The notes under the pieces are model-generated. The model saw only the letters and a list, made by a program, of their open reading frames with translations. It ran no database searches and was not told the origin of the DNA. A program made the position numbers and the translations under genes. DNA of 64,000 bases from Pseudomonadota bacterium (GTDB taxonomy: Bacteria > Desulfobacterota > Desulfobacteria > Desulfobacterales > RPRI01), in assembly GCA_043825875.1 (NCBI GenBank), contig JBDRRF010000079.1:64001-128000 (forward strand), in the 5' to 3' direction. Below are positions 27,723-37,470 of this stretch, piece after piece (within the stretch, counting starts at the first letter, position 1; the number at the start of each line of letters is the position of its first letter).

Positions 27723-29483
27723 TTAAGTTCCGTTAGATTTTGAACGATCCATCAGCACCTGCATATCGCTCTTGATGAAATCTTCTCCAATATATGTGCT
27801 TCCGCCTATGGCTTTGATCATGGAGAGTCCATCCAGCAAGGGATTGATGCCCAAATCGACTATCTTTGTGGCTTTCTCCACTTTGTCTCTTTGAGCTATA
27901 GCCATCCAGCTTATGCCCCAGGAGATTAATTTGCGGGTCTTGATAATCATTTCTTCGGTGTTCAAATAAAAGATCTGGTTGTTTTCAGCAGTCATCTCCT
28001 TTCCAAGAGCTTTGAAGTTGGAGTTGCTGCCAAGACTTTTTTTATCAGGCGCATCTATCATACTTTTAAGCAGATTGCGGTTGATAGTCAGGGCAAAATA
28101 TTCTTCTATAAAAGCATAAGCCGGGCTCATATTAGCTCCGGTTGGCAGCATGACGTATTGGACATCGGTTTTCCGGTAAGTCTCATGCTGTATGGGCATA
28201 TTTAATTTCTTTATTTGTTGTTTGATCAATTGACTGACAACATCGGGTTGTTTTACTTCAATAAAAAGAGCAAGTTCAGGAAATGGAAACGGCCCATCCA
28301 TATTGATATCTTTGACCAGCATTCCAGCCTGAGTACCGAAAGCATCCAGAAGAGATTCTATTTCCATACCTGTTTCCTTAACAAAGCTTTGCTTTATCTT
28401 TGACACGGCTTCAGGTGTTATTTCCGGATGATGCTGAATCTCATCCCAATAGACTTTCAGATCAAAGGTATTCTGCCAGTTATAGATCAATGAATCAACC
28501 GGAATATACTTTAAGGTGTGGTTGGCAGCAGGATCAATATCGGTAATACTTTTTAGCCTGTGAGACATCTTTGTTCTGTCGATTCCTGCAATTATTTTTG
28601 AACGTACCAGGGGGCTGCCGTCATCATATTGCACAAAGTTGATGGTCTCAATTCCCTGTAAATTTTGGAACTGATTTATAAGCTGTTTCATACTGGGATC
28701 ATTCTTGGCCTTGTGGCTGAAAGCCTCCTGAAAAAATGTAATAAAATGATCGGCATTTGCAAAGGCAAGAAAATCCGTCTGGCCTGACTTATAAAGATCG
28801 GCACAATGGCGTTGATAGATCTCTGACTGTAACAAAGAAGTACTATCATCTAATGACTGTTTAAGGCAGCGTTTTACAGGCGCTATTGAAAAACCGGCTA
28901 TCATCAGTTCGTTAGTCAACGCATAGTAAACCGGCCGACCGTTTTCCAGAAAGAACTCGCTTATCTCCCATTGTTGATATTTTTGGGTTTTCACGGAAAG
29001 TGTTGAGCCAAACATACTGCTAAGGCTCTCTATAACTTTAACAGACTGTTTGGGCCTTGCCACCAATACTATTGAATCAAGAAGAGTTTCAGGATCAACG
29101 GATTCCAGTTGCCGGGGGTCAAGATTTATATTTAACATTGCAAAAGAAACATCCTGACCCAAAAAGGCATCAAACCAGGAACTGTTAACAGCGGTTTTAA
29201 AATTTGCCACGGCATGTGTGATCTCTGTTCGCTGCTTAGGCGGTATCTCCATAGCAGCCATTAGCTGCGGCAAATCAATACCGCCAAGAGATTGCCCCAT
29301 GCGGCCTTTACCAAATCGCTCGATCTGCTTTTTCAGTTCACATACCCTGATCATGCCTAAAGTATCTTTTGGCAACACAGCTTCAATGGCAGTTTGCCGG
29401 GCAAGTGGTTTATAGAAATAATAATAGGCCCCGGCTGAAATCACCAGAGCAATAATCACCAACACAATAATTGTTTTGCGCAT
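27723..29483 (-). CDS. Membrane-anchored hypothetical protein (DUF3352-like)
   Basis: 586-aa ORF with N-terminal TM segment; two-fold internal pattern; family by resemblance only. Confidence 0.55.
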   Translation of the reverse strand: MRKTIIVLVIIALVISAGAYYYFYKPLARQTAIEAVLPKDTLGMIRVCELKKQIERFGKGRMGQSLGGIDLPQLMAAMEIPPKQRTEITHAVANFKTAVNSSWFDAFLGQDVSFAMLNINLDPRQLESVDPETLLDSIVLVARPKQSVKVIESLSSMFGSTLSVKTQKYQQWEISEFFLENGRPVYYALTNELMIAGFSIAPVKRCLKQSLDDSTSLLQSEIYQRHCADLYKSGQTDFLAFANADHFITFFQEAFSHKAKNDPSMKQLINQFQNLQGIETINFVQYDDGSPLVRSKIIAGIDRTKMSHRLKSITDIDPAANHTLKYIPVDSLIYNWQNTFDLKVYWDEIQHHPEITPEAVSKIKQSFVKETGMEIESLLDAFGTQAGMLVKDINMDGPFPFPELALFIEVKQPDVVSQLIKQQIKKLNMPIQHETYRKTDVQYVMLPTGANMSPAYAFIEEYFALTINRNLLKSMIDAPDKKSLGSNSNFKALGKEMTAENNQIFYLNTEEMIIKTRKLISWGISWMAIAQRDKVEKATKIVDLGINPLLDGLSMIKAIGGSTYIGEDFIKSDMQVLMDRSKSNGT

Positions 29484-29556
29484 AAAGACCTCTCTAAAAG
29501 TAAATTATCTATTTCCAAATGCCGGAAAAGTCTATGGGGTTTTGTGGGGCATATTG

Positions 29557-29586
29557 TGTAGGGGCGTATTGCAATACGCCCTTACA
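29557..29586. repeat. GTAG-type REP palindrome
   Basis: TGTAGGGGCGTATTGCAATACGCCCTTACA. Confidence 0.85.
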
Positions 29587-29634
29587 ACTTTCCATCTTTC
29601 CATCGCATTTCATTTAATTTCAAATTCGGATATT

Positions 29635-29955
29635 TTATTTATAATATTTGTCTGTTAACCATTTTAATGGGTTAGTTCTTACATATTCGGATATTTGACA
29701 ATAAGATTTTTCATCACGGATGATATGTTCATAATAATTGCGTTGCCAAACGGAAACGCCGGGTTTGTTCCGCAAAATATTTATTTGTTTGGTCACAGAC
29801 GTTTTATAACCGCGAATAATTGCCCCGATTGTTTGTGATGGCGACCGGAATTTAGTTTTGTTTTCCGAATTCATTGTACCCGTCGTAGGGGCGTATTGCA
29901 ATACGCCCCTACGATCATGTATCGTGCCTGTCGTATCATCATACATCGTACCCAT
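29635..29955 (-). pseudogene. RAYT transposase C-terminal fragment
   Basis: SPSQTIGAIIRGYKTSVTK, VWQRNYYEHIIR, YVRTNPLKW; N-terminal HUH part missing. Confidence 0.8.
29883..29914. repeat. GTAG-type REP palindrome (perfect)
   Basis: TCGTAGGGGCGTATTGCAATACGCCCCTACGA. Confidence 0.9.
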
Positions 29956-30433
29956 ACGGTTGATTTTAACATCTGCTCCCCGAAATTCCGCTCCGTTTCG
30001 TTCGCTTATACACCGCCAGCGAAGCTTCGGCAGCTATTCGCTCTCTGCACTACTCGAAAAGCTTTTGTAAAGGGCTCAAGTTATGAGAAAAAGGAACATA
30101 TAACCTGAACCAACCCACCCCATCACAATATTCCTGGTGTCCGATCCGATCTTCTTCTGCGATACTATCCGGCACAACTAACATGGAAGTATTGGTTTCT
30201 TTTTTGTGGGCATGTTGGAGACCACCTGATTCTCCTTATAGAGTTTTAAATGTATAACTGGCTAAACCACAAATGAAAAATCTTTTTATACAATATTTGT
30301 ATATAAAATAAGGCATTGCTCGTCAAGGAATTTGAGATTTAATTAATCGGAACAAGCTGATATAAATGTTTACTATGATGACCCATACCATATAGACATT
30401 TGTATAGACATTAAAACCGAAAAGTTTGATAAT

Positions 30434-30925
30434 ATGCTTGTGGATGAGCTAATTATATTTACAGATGGAAGTGTGAATACTAAGTTAAAGGTTGGATACG
30501 GGGCTTACCTCGCTGTATCTGAACCTGGCCTTTCGTTGAATGCTTTAAGAAAGCAAGTAAAAGTTAGGCGCTTTGAACATACTTCTTCAACAAAACTGGA
30601 ATTACAGACTTTATTGTGGGCGTTAAGCGATATTCAGGTAATGGTGAACAACGTAATTATATATACGGATTCCCAAAACATCATGGGTTTGCCGGGAAGG
30701 CATGAGCGGTTAGAAAAATATAATTATTGTTCAAAGAAAAACAGGCGTATAAACAATTATGAGCTGTATCAGGAGTTTTATAGAATAACCGATCAGATAA
30801 ATTGTAAATTTGTTAAAGTTCATGGACATCAGGCATCAAATAAAAAAGATACTATAGACAGGCTTTTTACACTTGTGGATAGAGCTTCAAGGAATGCGTT
30901 GAGAAAAGATATCGGGGAGCAGTAA
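30434..30925 (+). CDS. Ribonuclease HI family protein
   Basis: IFTDGS, ELQ, IYTDSQ, VKVHGH, VDR.SR acidic catalytic pattern. Confidence 0.82.
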   Translation: MLVDELIIFTDGSVNTKLKVGYGAYLAVSEPGLSLNALRKQVKVRRFEHTSSTKLELQTLLWALSDIQVMVNNVIIYTDSQNIMGLPGRHERLEKYNYCSKKNRRINNYELYQEFYRITDQINCKFVKVHGHQASNKKDTIDRLFTLVDRASRNALRKDIGEQ

Positions 30926-31012
30926 GTTTAAACCCGGCTCTCTTGCAATAAATGGATTTTTCATGATAGTATTGTGCAAATTATATTTTTATAGAAATAG
31001 AGGAAATGTTGA

Positions 31013-31204
31013 ATGAATGGAAATAACCGCGCTAATATAAAAGTGGGCGCGCAAGTAAAAGTTGTGCAAAAGCAGGATCAGCGTACAGGCAATCTGACCG
31101 AAGGTATTGTGAAGAATATTCTTACAAAATCAGGTACCCATCCGCACGGGATCAAGGTACGCCTGGAAAGCGGTATAGTGGGACGTGTCAAAGAAATTAC
31201 CTGA
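31013..31204 (+). CDS. YwbE family small protein
   Basis: KQDQRTGNLTEGIVKNILT…HPHGIKVRL..G.VGRV. Confidence 0.85.
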   Translation: MNGNNRANIKVGAQVKVVQKQDQRTGNLTEGIVKNILTKSGTHPHGIKVRLESGIVGRVKEIT

Positions 31205-31233
31205 GCCAATTACAAAACGTCCCATCTTGGCTG
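31203..31233 (+). repeat. Isolated degenerate end of the 142-bp MITE family
   Basis: GAGCCAATTACAAAACGTCCCATCTTGGCTG versus GAGCCAGTTTCAAAACGCCCCATTTTGGCCG at 38167. Confidence 0.55.
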
Positions 31234-31324
31234 TTGACGGGCAAGCAAAACACCATGAAAGTCTGATTAATTGCCGCATTGCGGCTAAATTGAACCAAAG
31301 GATGCAGAGGAGGTCATACATATT

Positions 31325-31537
31325 ATGAAGACAATAAAGCAGGTTCTTGTTTTGACAATCAGTATTTCCTTGGTGCTGATCGTTGTACAAAACACAGCTC
31401 CCATCCAGGCTCGATTCCTATGGTTTACCACAGAAATGCCGGTAATACTACTGCTGTTTCTTACGGCTGCTGGAGGTTTTATATTAGGGTTAATTGTGGC
31501 GCTACTTTCTAAAAGCGGTACTAAATTTAAATCATAA
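31325..31537 (+). CDS. LapA-like small membrane protein
   Basis: Two TM segments with QNT…FLW…P..LLL…G..LG pattern. Confidence 0.7.
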   Translation: MKTIKQVLVLTISISLVLIVVQNTAPIQARFLWFTTEMPVILLLFLTAAGGFILGLIVALLSKSGTKFKS

Positions 31538-31551
31538 AAAAGGAGAATAAA

Positions 31552-32148
31552 ATGTCTATTATACTACCCGATCTTCCTTACAAAAATGATGCACTTGAAC
31601 CATATATCAGTTCGGAAACTTTGGATTTTCATTATGGAAAACACCATAATGCTTATGTTACAAACCTCAACAAGCTTATTGAGGGTACTGATCTGGCCGG
31701 CAAGACATTAGAGGATATCATTAAAACAACTGCAAATACTGCTGACAAAATCGGTATTTTCAACAATGCCGCTCAGGTCTTAAACCATACCTTTTACTGG
31801 CAATCTATGAAACCAAATTGTGGGGGCTTACCTACAGGGAATATCGCAGAAAAAATCAACTCTGATTTTGGAAGCTACGACAACTTTATTAAAGAGCTAA
31901 AGAATGCCGGTCTTACACAATTCGGCAGCGGATGGGCATGGCTGGTGTTGAAAGATAACAAGCTGGAGATTATGAAAACATCAAACGCTGATACTCCTAT
32001 AGCTCACGGTTTAAAGCCATTGATGACGGTGGACGTATGGGAACATGCTTATTATCTTGATTATCAAAACAAACGTAATGAATACCTTGACGCATTCATC
32101 GAAAACTTTATCAACTGGGATTTTGTCAACTCTAATCTCGATAGTTAG
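31552..32148 (+). CDS. sodB: Fe superoxide dismutase
   Basis: HYGKHH.AYV, FNNAAQ..NHTFYW, QFGSGWAW, DVWEHAYY. Confidence 0.95.
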   Translation: MSIILPDLPYKNDALEPYISSETLDFHYGKHHNAYVTNLNKLIEGTDLAGKTLEDIIKTTANTADKIGIFNNAAQVLNHTFYWQSMKPNCGGLPTGNIAEKINSDFGSYDNFIKELKNAGLTQFGSGWAWLVLKDNKLEIMKTSNADTPIAHGLKPLMTVDVWEHAYYLDYQNKRNEYLDAFIENFINWDFVNSNLDS

Positions 32149-32293
32149 TGTCCGGCCAGAAATGGTAGATTGCGGTTCAGATCAAGGCCGCAGTGTTTTT
32201 GAAAACTCAGGCGTAACGGGGGCTTACGTCGAGTATTTCAAAAACGCGAGAACGCAGATATGTGTCGCAAGATGCCGTTTATGGATGGATACT
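32147..32293. mobile_element. MITE-like element family A, copy 1
   Basis: AGTGTCC…GGATACT terminal IR, flanked by AGTT/AGTT; near-identical inverted copy at 36048. Confidence 0.8.
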
Positions 32294-32338
32294 AGTTAGT
32301 TACAAGATTTATAGCAACATTGAGGAGGCCTGCTGCTA

Positions 32339-32800
32339 ATGAATGACAGTATAATATGTTTTACCCTTGGATTAACACAAACGGATATACAGGCCGGAAT
32401 GGCGGCCTTTTCTGAAATGACACAGGGATCAAACGTACTGGAAGTAATCCCTGTCACAGAAGATTTGTTTGCCAAAACCGTAGGCGATGTGATTGAAGAA
32501 AAGGTTAAGATATTATCTGAAAACAAAGCAGCAAAGCCTTCTGCCGATTGCAACCGCAAAACTCCAGCATCCGGCAATTACCGTATGGTACTGATAAATT
32601 CGGAAGATAAAGAGCAGGTAATACAGATCCTAAGAAGTTATAAACAGGTGTTGCCTGATCCGCAGGATGTGATTATTGCTATGATCACAGAAACAGCCCG
32701 AACATGGAAATTTATAGATTATCTTATGCACCTTGATAAAGAACACGAATACAGAATAACCCATCCTCCACAAAATGACCCGGATATGAAACGGATGTAA
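32339..32800 (+). CDS. Hypothetical protein (DUF3783-like C-terminus)
   Basis: GAGGAGG RBS; AMITET…W….L..EHE motif. Confidence 0.6.
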   Translation: MNDSIICFTLGLTQTDIQAGMAAFSEMTQGSNVLEVIPVTEDLFAKTVGDVIEEKVKILSENKAAKPSADCNRKTPASGNYRMVLINSEDKEQVIQILRSYKQVLPDPQDVIIAMITETARTWKFIDYLMHLDKEHEYRITHPPQNDPDMKRM

Positions 32801-32834
32801 AATCCACGCAAAAGACAGAAAAGGATATTACGCT

Positions 32835-33833
32835 CTATTCGAAATAAATAACAAATTCCATATCCGGTGTTTTGTTATATGAAGCAGGTTTGTCTTTCCA
32901 GAACCAGACCACAGCCTTGGCCGGCCAGCCTGTGATACTGATATCATCTGTTGGCGGAGTGCTTGGGCTAACATTATTGCATCCTCCGGGATACCCACAA
33001 CTACCTCCTCTGTGTATAAAATGCTTTATAGCAACAGGCTCATTGGGCTTATTCTCTTTTGAGATATTAGTTGAATTATCATACGAAACATAAACATAGT
33101 TGAGGTTAAAGTCCCTGGCATTGTAAAATAAAAAGCTGAATTGTTGTTTATAGCTAAGTTGAGCGCATTCTTTATTATAGTATACTTCCGCTTTCTTAAG
33201 CGCAGGATACCATCGCAGATCATGAGGTTCACAGTAAACAGGGAATTTATCGCTTCCCAGTTCTTCTTCGGGAACAACCGCCATATTCCATGAATGCAAA
33301 AGATCAGGTACTGCCAGAAGATATGGATTAAGTATGGAAAGTGACTGCGCTGATGGGCCTTCAATACTTCTATCGCCCTTGCCATATGAAAATCCATTAA
33401 ATCCCCACCATGGTCTTCCGTCTTCAATCTGACCAAAAACTGTCCGTGAAGGAATATAGTCGCCTTCAATGAGTTCCGGATATTGATCAACAGCATCTGT
33501 CCTCAGGTTATATACTTCCGATTTGGACATAAAATCCAGATCCATAACAGGATTCAGATTTATATATATTTCTTCTTCTGATGCAAAGTCGCCAATGGCA
33601 AGCTGATTTGTGGTTTTCTGAATTTTAGCAAGAGCATTTTTACTTGCAGCAGGTGTTTTTTGAATTACAGCAGAAACAGATTCTTGTTCGGCCGGATGCT
33701 TCCGTAGTAATGGGTAAGCAATTACCGCCAATACAACAAGAGCGATAAATAATATTAAAGTAACAATGCTCATACCGCTTTGGCCAGACGATTCAACTCG
33801 CTTTGCATTCGTTTTTACAGGATATATATCCAT
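32835..33833 (-). CDS. Membrane-anchored hypothetical protein
   Basis: Long ORF with one TM segment; HRGGSCGYPGGCNNVSP motif; function unknown. Confidence 0.65.
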   Translation of the reverse strand: MDIYPVKTNAKRVESSGQSGMSIVTLILFIALVVLAVIAYPLLRKHPAEQESVSAVIQKTPAASKNALAKIQKTTNQLAIGDFASEEEIYINLNPVMDLDFMSKSEVYNLRTDAVDQYPELIEGDYIPSRTVFGQIEDGRPWWGFNGFSYGKGDRSIEGPSAQSLSILNPYLLAVPDLLHSWNMAVVPEEELGSDKFPVYCEPHDLRWYPALKKAEVYYNKECAQLSYKQQFSFLFYNARDFNLNYVYVSYDNSTNISKENKPNEPVAIKHFIHRGGSCGYPGGCNNVSPSTPPTDDISITGWPAKAVVWFWKDKPASYNKTPDMEFVIYFE

Positions 33834-33965
33834 ATTGTCATCTCTCCCTACAAGGCAAACCACATAAATTAATGAAGTCAAAAATGCTCTACTTGGCATC
33901 CCAGCAATAACCCAGAATCAACCCAACATGAAAACCTCCCGCATTACGATTTTCATCGTATAAAT

Positions 33966-34520
33966 TTATTTTTGCATCAGAGGCAAATCCATTCCCACAT
34001 TGAAATGACGGCCAAAGGTTTTGTATATTCCCAAAGCCCCCCAGTATCCAAATCCCGCGTCATCTTCATCATCTGTATCCCGATAATAACCACTAAGATT
34101 ATCTTCTCTTGTTATCTCAACGCCGCCATAGATTACAGCGCCACCCCCGGCCACATAAATATTCCAGTTTTTGGGAAGAAGCCATATTTTTTTCAGCCCA
34201 AGATTTAATTCGGCAGTATAACCTTCTTCAGCATAATAAGTGTATCTATAGCGGTCGTCTCTCCAGGAGTCATCATAATCTGAAGTACTGTCACTTGAAT
34301 AAAACAGGTTGGCAACCAGGCTGACAGGCCAATCTTTTTGCCTGGCATCAGCCATAATTCCTATCTCAAATTGTTCATCAAACTTGCCCCAGTCATTTTC
34401 TTCCAGAAATTTCCCACCTAATACGGCATTTACATTAAACGACCATTGCTGTGCCATCAGGCTATGCGGAACCAATAATAAAGATAAAACTAAAAAACCT
34501 GCATATAATATTTTTTTCAT
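33966..34520 (-). CDS. Outer membrane beta-barrel protein, C-terminus possibly truncated
   Basis: GGAG RBS, signal peptide, alternating beta-strand pattern; lacks the usual terminal aromatic strand. Confidence 0.55.
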   Translation of the reverse strand: MKKILYAGFLVLSLLLVPHSLMAQQWSFNVNAVLGGKFLEENDWGKFDEQFEIGIMADARQKDWPVSLVANLFYSSDSTSDYDDSWRDDRYRYTYYAEEGYTAELNLGLKKIWLLPKNWNIYVAGGGAVIYGGVEITREDNLSGYYRDTDDEDDAGFGYWGALGIYKTFGRHFNVGMDLPLMQK

Positions 34521-34539
34521 GTTTATATCTCCCGATGTT

Positions 34540-34740
34540 TTATTCTTTTCTTTGTACCAAGGCATCTTTAATATCTTGCAACTCTTTTAATAACGTTTTT
34601 GTGGTTATGTTATTTTTATACGCCATTATAATCAGTTTTACAGAAACAAGAAACACACCAGCTTCCAAAAGCAAATCGTGAGTAAGGCCTTTGGTAAACA
34701 ATGCCAATACAAAAAGCACAAAAGTAATCGCTATAATCAC
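34540..34740 (-). CDS. Small membrane hypothetical protein (5' end uncertain)
   Basis: Two hydrophobic segments, TKGLTHDLLLEAGVFLVSVKLI. Confidence 0.5.
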   Translation of the reverse strand: MIIAITFVLFVLALFTKGLTHDLLLEAGVFLVSVKLIIMAYKNNITTKTLLKELQDIKDALVQRKE

Positions 34741-35047
34741 TGAAGATCCGGTAATCAGAATTATATTTTGACAAAAGCTCTAAAGGCCAGAAACAAAGAG
34801 TACAATTTATTACTATTGCATTGTATCTTTCTCATTTGTTTTTAATAATTCCTGCCTTTCCTTTTTATACTGATCATACGTGGGAAGCTCTTTGCCAGGT
34901 GGTGGCGCTGCATTGACGCGCTTTGTTTCTTGTAATTTATTTGCCCCTTCATAGACACCTCTGTAAACTCCTTCACGAACCTTTGTATTTTTTGTACAAG
35001 AAATAAAGAAGCAAATTAAATGGTAATTAAAAATATCAATACTCTTT

Positions 35048-35518
35048 TCATAATAGATATCCTTTTTTATAAATCTTTTCCATATATAGAATTTCTATAT
35101 GGTCGCAATCATAACCACCCGTTTTATAGATAGTATAACCTAATTTTTGATAAAGATGTATATTATTATCGCTTTTAGAACCTACAAAAAGCTCAAATCT
35201 TTTTGGGGTAAAATGCTTTTCAATTTCTTTCATTAAAGTTGCTCCGATACCTTGGTTTTGCATATCAGGAAGCACTGCTAACTTGCCGACATAACACGTT
35301 CCATCTTCTTCATACGCTCTTACAGTTCCGATAATTTGTTGTTCAGAAACAGCTTTTAAAATTATATGTGTATTAAATTGTTCTTTTATTTCAGCAACTG
35401 TCTGTTTAAGGGGAGGTATATTATAATCGTTATAGCGTTTGGCCTCAATTTGATAAGCCAATTTCTGCAATTTCAATACTTCTTCTGCATCAGTAATTTT
35501 TGCTTGTAAGATTTCCAT
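35048..35518 (-). CDS. GNAT family N-acetyltransferase
   Basis: LAVLPDMQNQGIGATLM (motif A), NIHLYQKLGY (motif B). Confidence 0.9.
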   Translation of the reverse strand: MEILQAKITDAEEVLKLQKLAYQIEAKRYNDYNIPPLKQTVAEIKEQFNTHIILKAVSEQQIIGTVRAYEEDGTCYVGKLAVLPDMQNQGIGATLMKEIEKHFTPKRFELFVGSKSDNNIHLYQKLGYTIYKTGGYDCDHIEILYMEKIYKKGYLL

Positions 35519-35530
35519 ATAAATAGCCCG

Positions 35531-35555
35531 GACTAACTCAACCGTTTTGTTCGGC
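35531..35555 (-). other. Collapsed attC remnant
   Basis: Minus strand GCCGAAC-11 nt-GTTAGTC at the brnA/GNAT junction; central stem absent. Confidence 0.45.
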
Positions 35556-35777
35556 ATTTTCAGTTTGCCATTTCATTTGCAGTTTTCTTTGATTAACAGA
35601 GCAATCTCGAAGATAAAGGTTTATTAAGTTTTGGTAAGGAATGCCCAAATCTTCCGACATAGACTTGAAATATGAGATGGTATCACGATCAAGCCGAATA
35701 GTTACCGGTTGTTTTAAATGTTTTATATAGGGATTTTTACGGCCCTTCATTTTGGAAAAATCATAATGGTCTCTCAT
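35538..35777 (-). CDS. brnA: BrnA-family antitoxin
   Basis: MRDHYDFS…NPY…VTIRLD…YFK…GIPYQ.LIN.YLR. Confidence 0.85.
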   Translation of the reverse strand: MRDHYDFSKMKGRKNPYIKHLKQPVTIRLDRDTISYFKSMSEDLGIPYQNLINLYLRDCSVNQRKLQMKWQTENAEQNG

Positions 35778-35899
35778 TTTCTGTATCTCCAATAATCTTT
35801 TTCTTCATCGCCATCCGCTTTTCTGGCAGATATAATTCTAAACTTTTTAATTTTAGCCTTTTCTTTCTGTTTATTCCATTAAAAACGTAGCTCAGCTAT
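35774..35899 (-). pseudogene. brnT: BrnT toxin pseudogene
   Basis: Manual translation (ATA)AELRF*WNKQKEKAKIKK|FRIISARKA…YRK*; lost start, in-frame stop, internal deletion; stop overlaps brnA ATG. Confidence 0.8.
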
Positions 35900-36047
35900 A
35901 TGTACATTGTACTTATAATTATGAAAATGTAAAGATTGAAGATTCCCAGTTGAAGCAACGGGATTAGGACTCGTTTTTGCGGTACAAGTTTAATCCGAAC
36001 ATGCCGGTTTTCTTTTCCCATTATCTTCCAAAATTCACTTTATAACT

Positions 36048-36192
36048 AGTGCCCACCCATAAACGGCATCTTGCGACCCATATCTGCGTTCTCGCATTTT
36101 TGAAATACTCGACGTAAGCCCATTACGCCTGCGTTTTCAAAAATGCTGCGGCCTTGATCTGAACCGCAATCTACCCTTTCCGGATGGACACT
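36048..36192. mobile_element. MITE-like element family A, copy 2 (inverted)
   Basis: Reverse complement of 32147-32293 with few differences; flanks AACT/AACG. Confidence 0.8.
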
Positions 36193-36359
36193 AACGATCA
36201 GATTCATTAAAAGTATCATTATGGAATCACATATAGAGAAAAATTAATATTTGATAAAACAGGACAATATGAGTTATAGTTTTATGAAAGTGATTTTTGA
36301 GCAACATTTTTTAAATGTCTTTGAATCCAAACAAATGCAATAGAAAGGGGAAGGTAACT

Positions 36360-37412
36360 ATGCAAAGAGAAGCTATGAGCGATGTGCAGTTGTCTGAGGA
36401 CTTAAACCATGATGTTGACATGCCACAAGGTGACTATATGGAAGATTTTGCTCAACTTGTTATAGCAGAGTCAGAAGATTATGACCTTTGCTTCATACCT
36501 AATTTATGGCATGTCGGCGGAGGAAAGAGCGGCTATTGGCAAGTTGATAAGGCATTGATGATCCAGACAACTTTTATGATGATCCCCAAAAACAAACGTG
36601 GCAAAATACATAACAACGAATTTATAGGCAACCGCTTAGATCCCAAAGATTGGGCCGACACAGATTTTTCAATCAAGCAGGTCGGAGATTCAATAGTCTG
36701 GAACACAAAAAAAATGGAATTTATTTCCCGACCTCCCTATTGGGAAATTAAGGGCGATCACATGGGCATTCAGTACAATATGCTTTTTGGAGGTATTGGC
36801 AAAGCAATCAGAAGTGGCGGCCTTTGGGAAGACTTGCCTAAGACGCTTCGCGCCGGTTATGATCATTTCTGTTGGGTTGAAGGTGATATAACCGTCGGAG
36901 GCAAGAAACATGTTCTAAAAAATGCTTATGGGCTTCATGAAAGATTAACATTCGGAAAAACATATGACCCGGTTACATCAATGCGTAAACCATACAACTG
37001 GGTTTTGGGTATGAATGACAAATATCGTATATACTTCTTCGTTTTACCGGGAGAGGAAAAAATAGGGCAAGGTCAAATCTCTATCAATGATGAAAAGCTT
37101 ACATTCGGCCTGGGAGATATTTCGGTAAAGGATTTGGAATTGTGGATAGATCCGCTTACAGGGATGCAGGTTCCTTGCAGATGGGAATTCAAGCTGAACT
37201 CTAAAGATGGCAAAGTAAACCTGGAAATTGCAGCAGGAGGAAGAAGCATATTTACTGTAACATCACACACAGGAACTACTGTTCGCTATGCATATTCATG
37301 TATAATCAACGGCCAGGCAATTTTTGCAGATGGCCGCAAAGCTGATATCAATGATGTCATGGCATATATGGAATGGGGGAAATCGTCTTTCCCACTTCAG
37401 GCCGGTATTTAA
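36360..37412 (+). CDS. Hypothetical protein (possible AttH/lipocalin-like beta fold)
   Basis: Long ORF with GGAAGG RBS; W.DP.TG..VP..W pattern. Confidence 0.55.
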   Translation: MQREAMSDVQLSEDLNHDVDMPQGDYMEDFAQLVIAESEDYDLCFIPNLWHVGGGKSGYWQVDKALMIQTTFMMIPKNKRGKIHNNEFIGNRLDPKDWADTDFSIKQVGDSIVWNTKKMEFISRPPYWEIKGDHMGIQYNMLFGGIGKAIRSGGLWEDLPKTLRAGYDHFCWVEGDITVGGKKHVLKNAYGLHERLTFGKTYDPVTSMRKPYNWVLGMNDKYRIYFFVLPGEEKIGQGQISINDEKLTFGLGDISVKDLELWIDPLTGMQVPCRWEFKLNSKDGKVNLEIAAGGRSIFTVTSHTGTTVRYAYSCIINGQAIFADGRKADINDVMAYMEWGKSSFPLQAGI

Positions 37413-37470
37413 TGAGCACATAGATGTTGCGTATGAGAATATAGTTTATAACGGTATTATAAATTTTCAA

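Noticed and set aside
29476..30108. Short plus-strand ORFs containing CRGVLQYA / VGAYCNTPL
   Set aside because: These are translations of the REP palindromes, not genes.
30085..30240. Short minus-strand ORF MPTKKETNTSMLVVPDSIAEEDRIGHQEYCDGVGW…
   Set aside because: It has a possible RBS but runs into repeat debris, and I cannot assign it. Possibly a gene stump; not supportable as a feature.
32045..32299. 84-aa ORF overlapping the sodB end; likewise 57346-57594, 38036-38450 and the extended start of 54314-55375
   Set aside because: They are read-throughs of MITE sequence and give the same spurious peptide at each copy.
37415..37470. attC closing the cupin cassette
   Set aside because: Only a weak ACGCAAC heptamer is present, with no stem or R' site.
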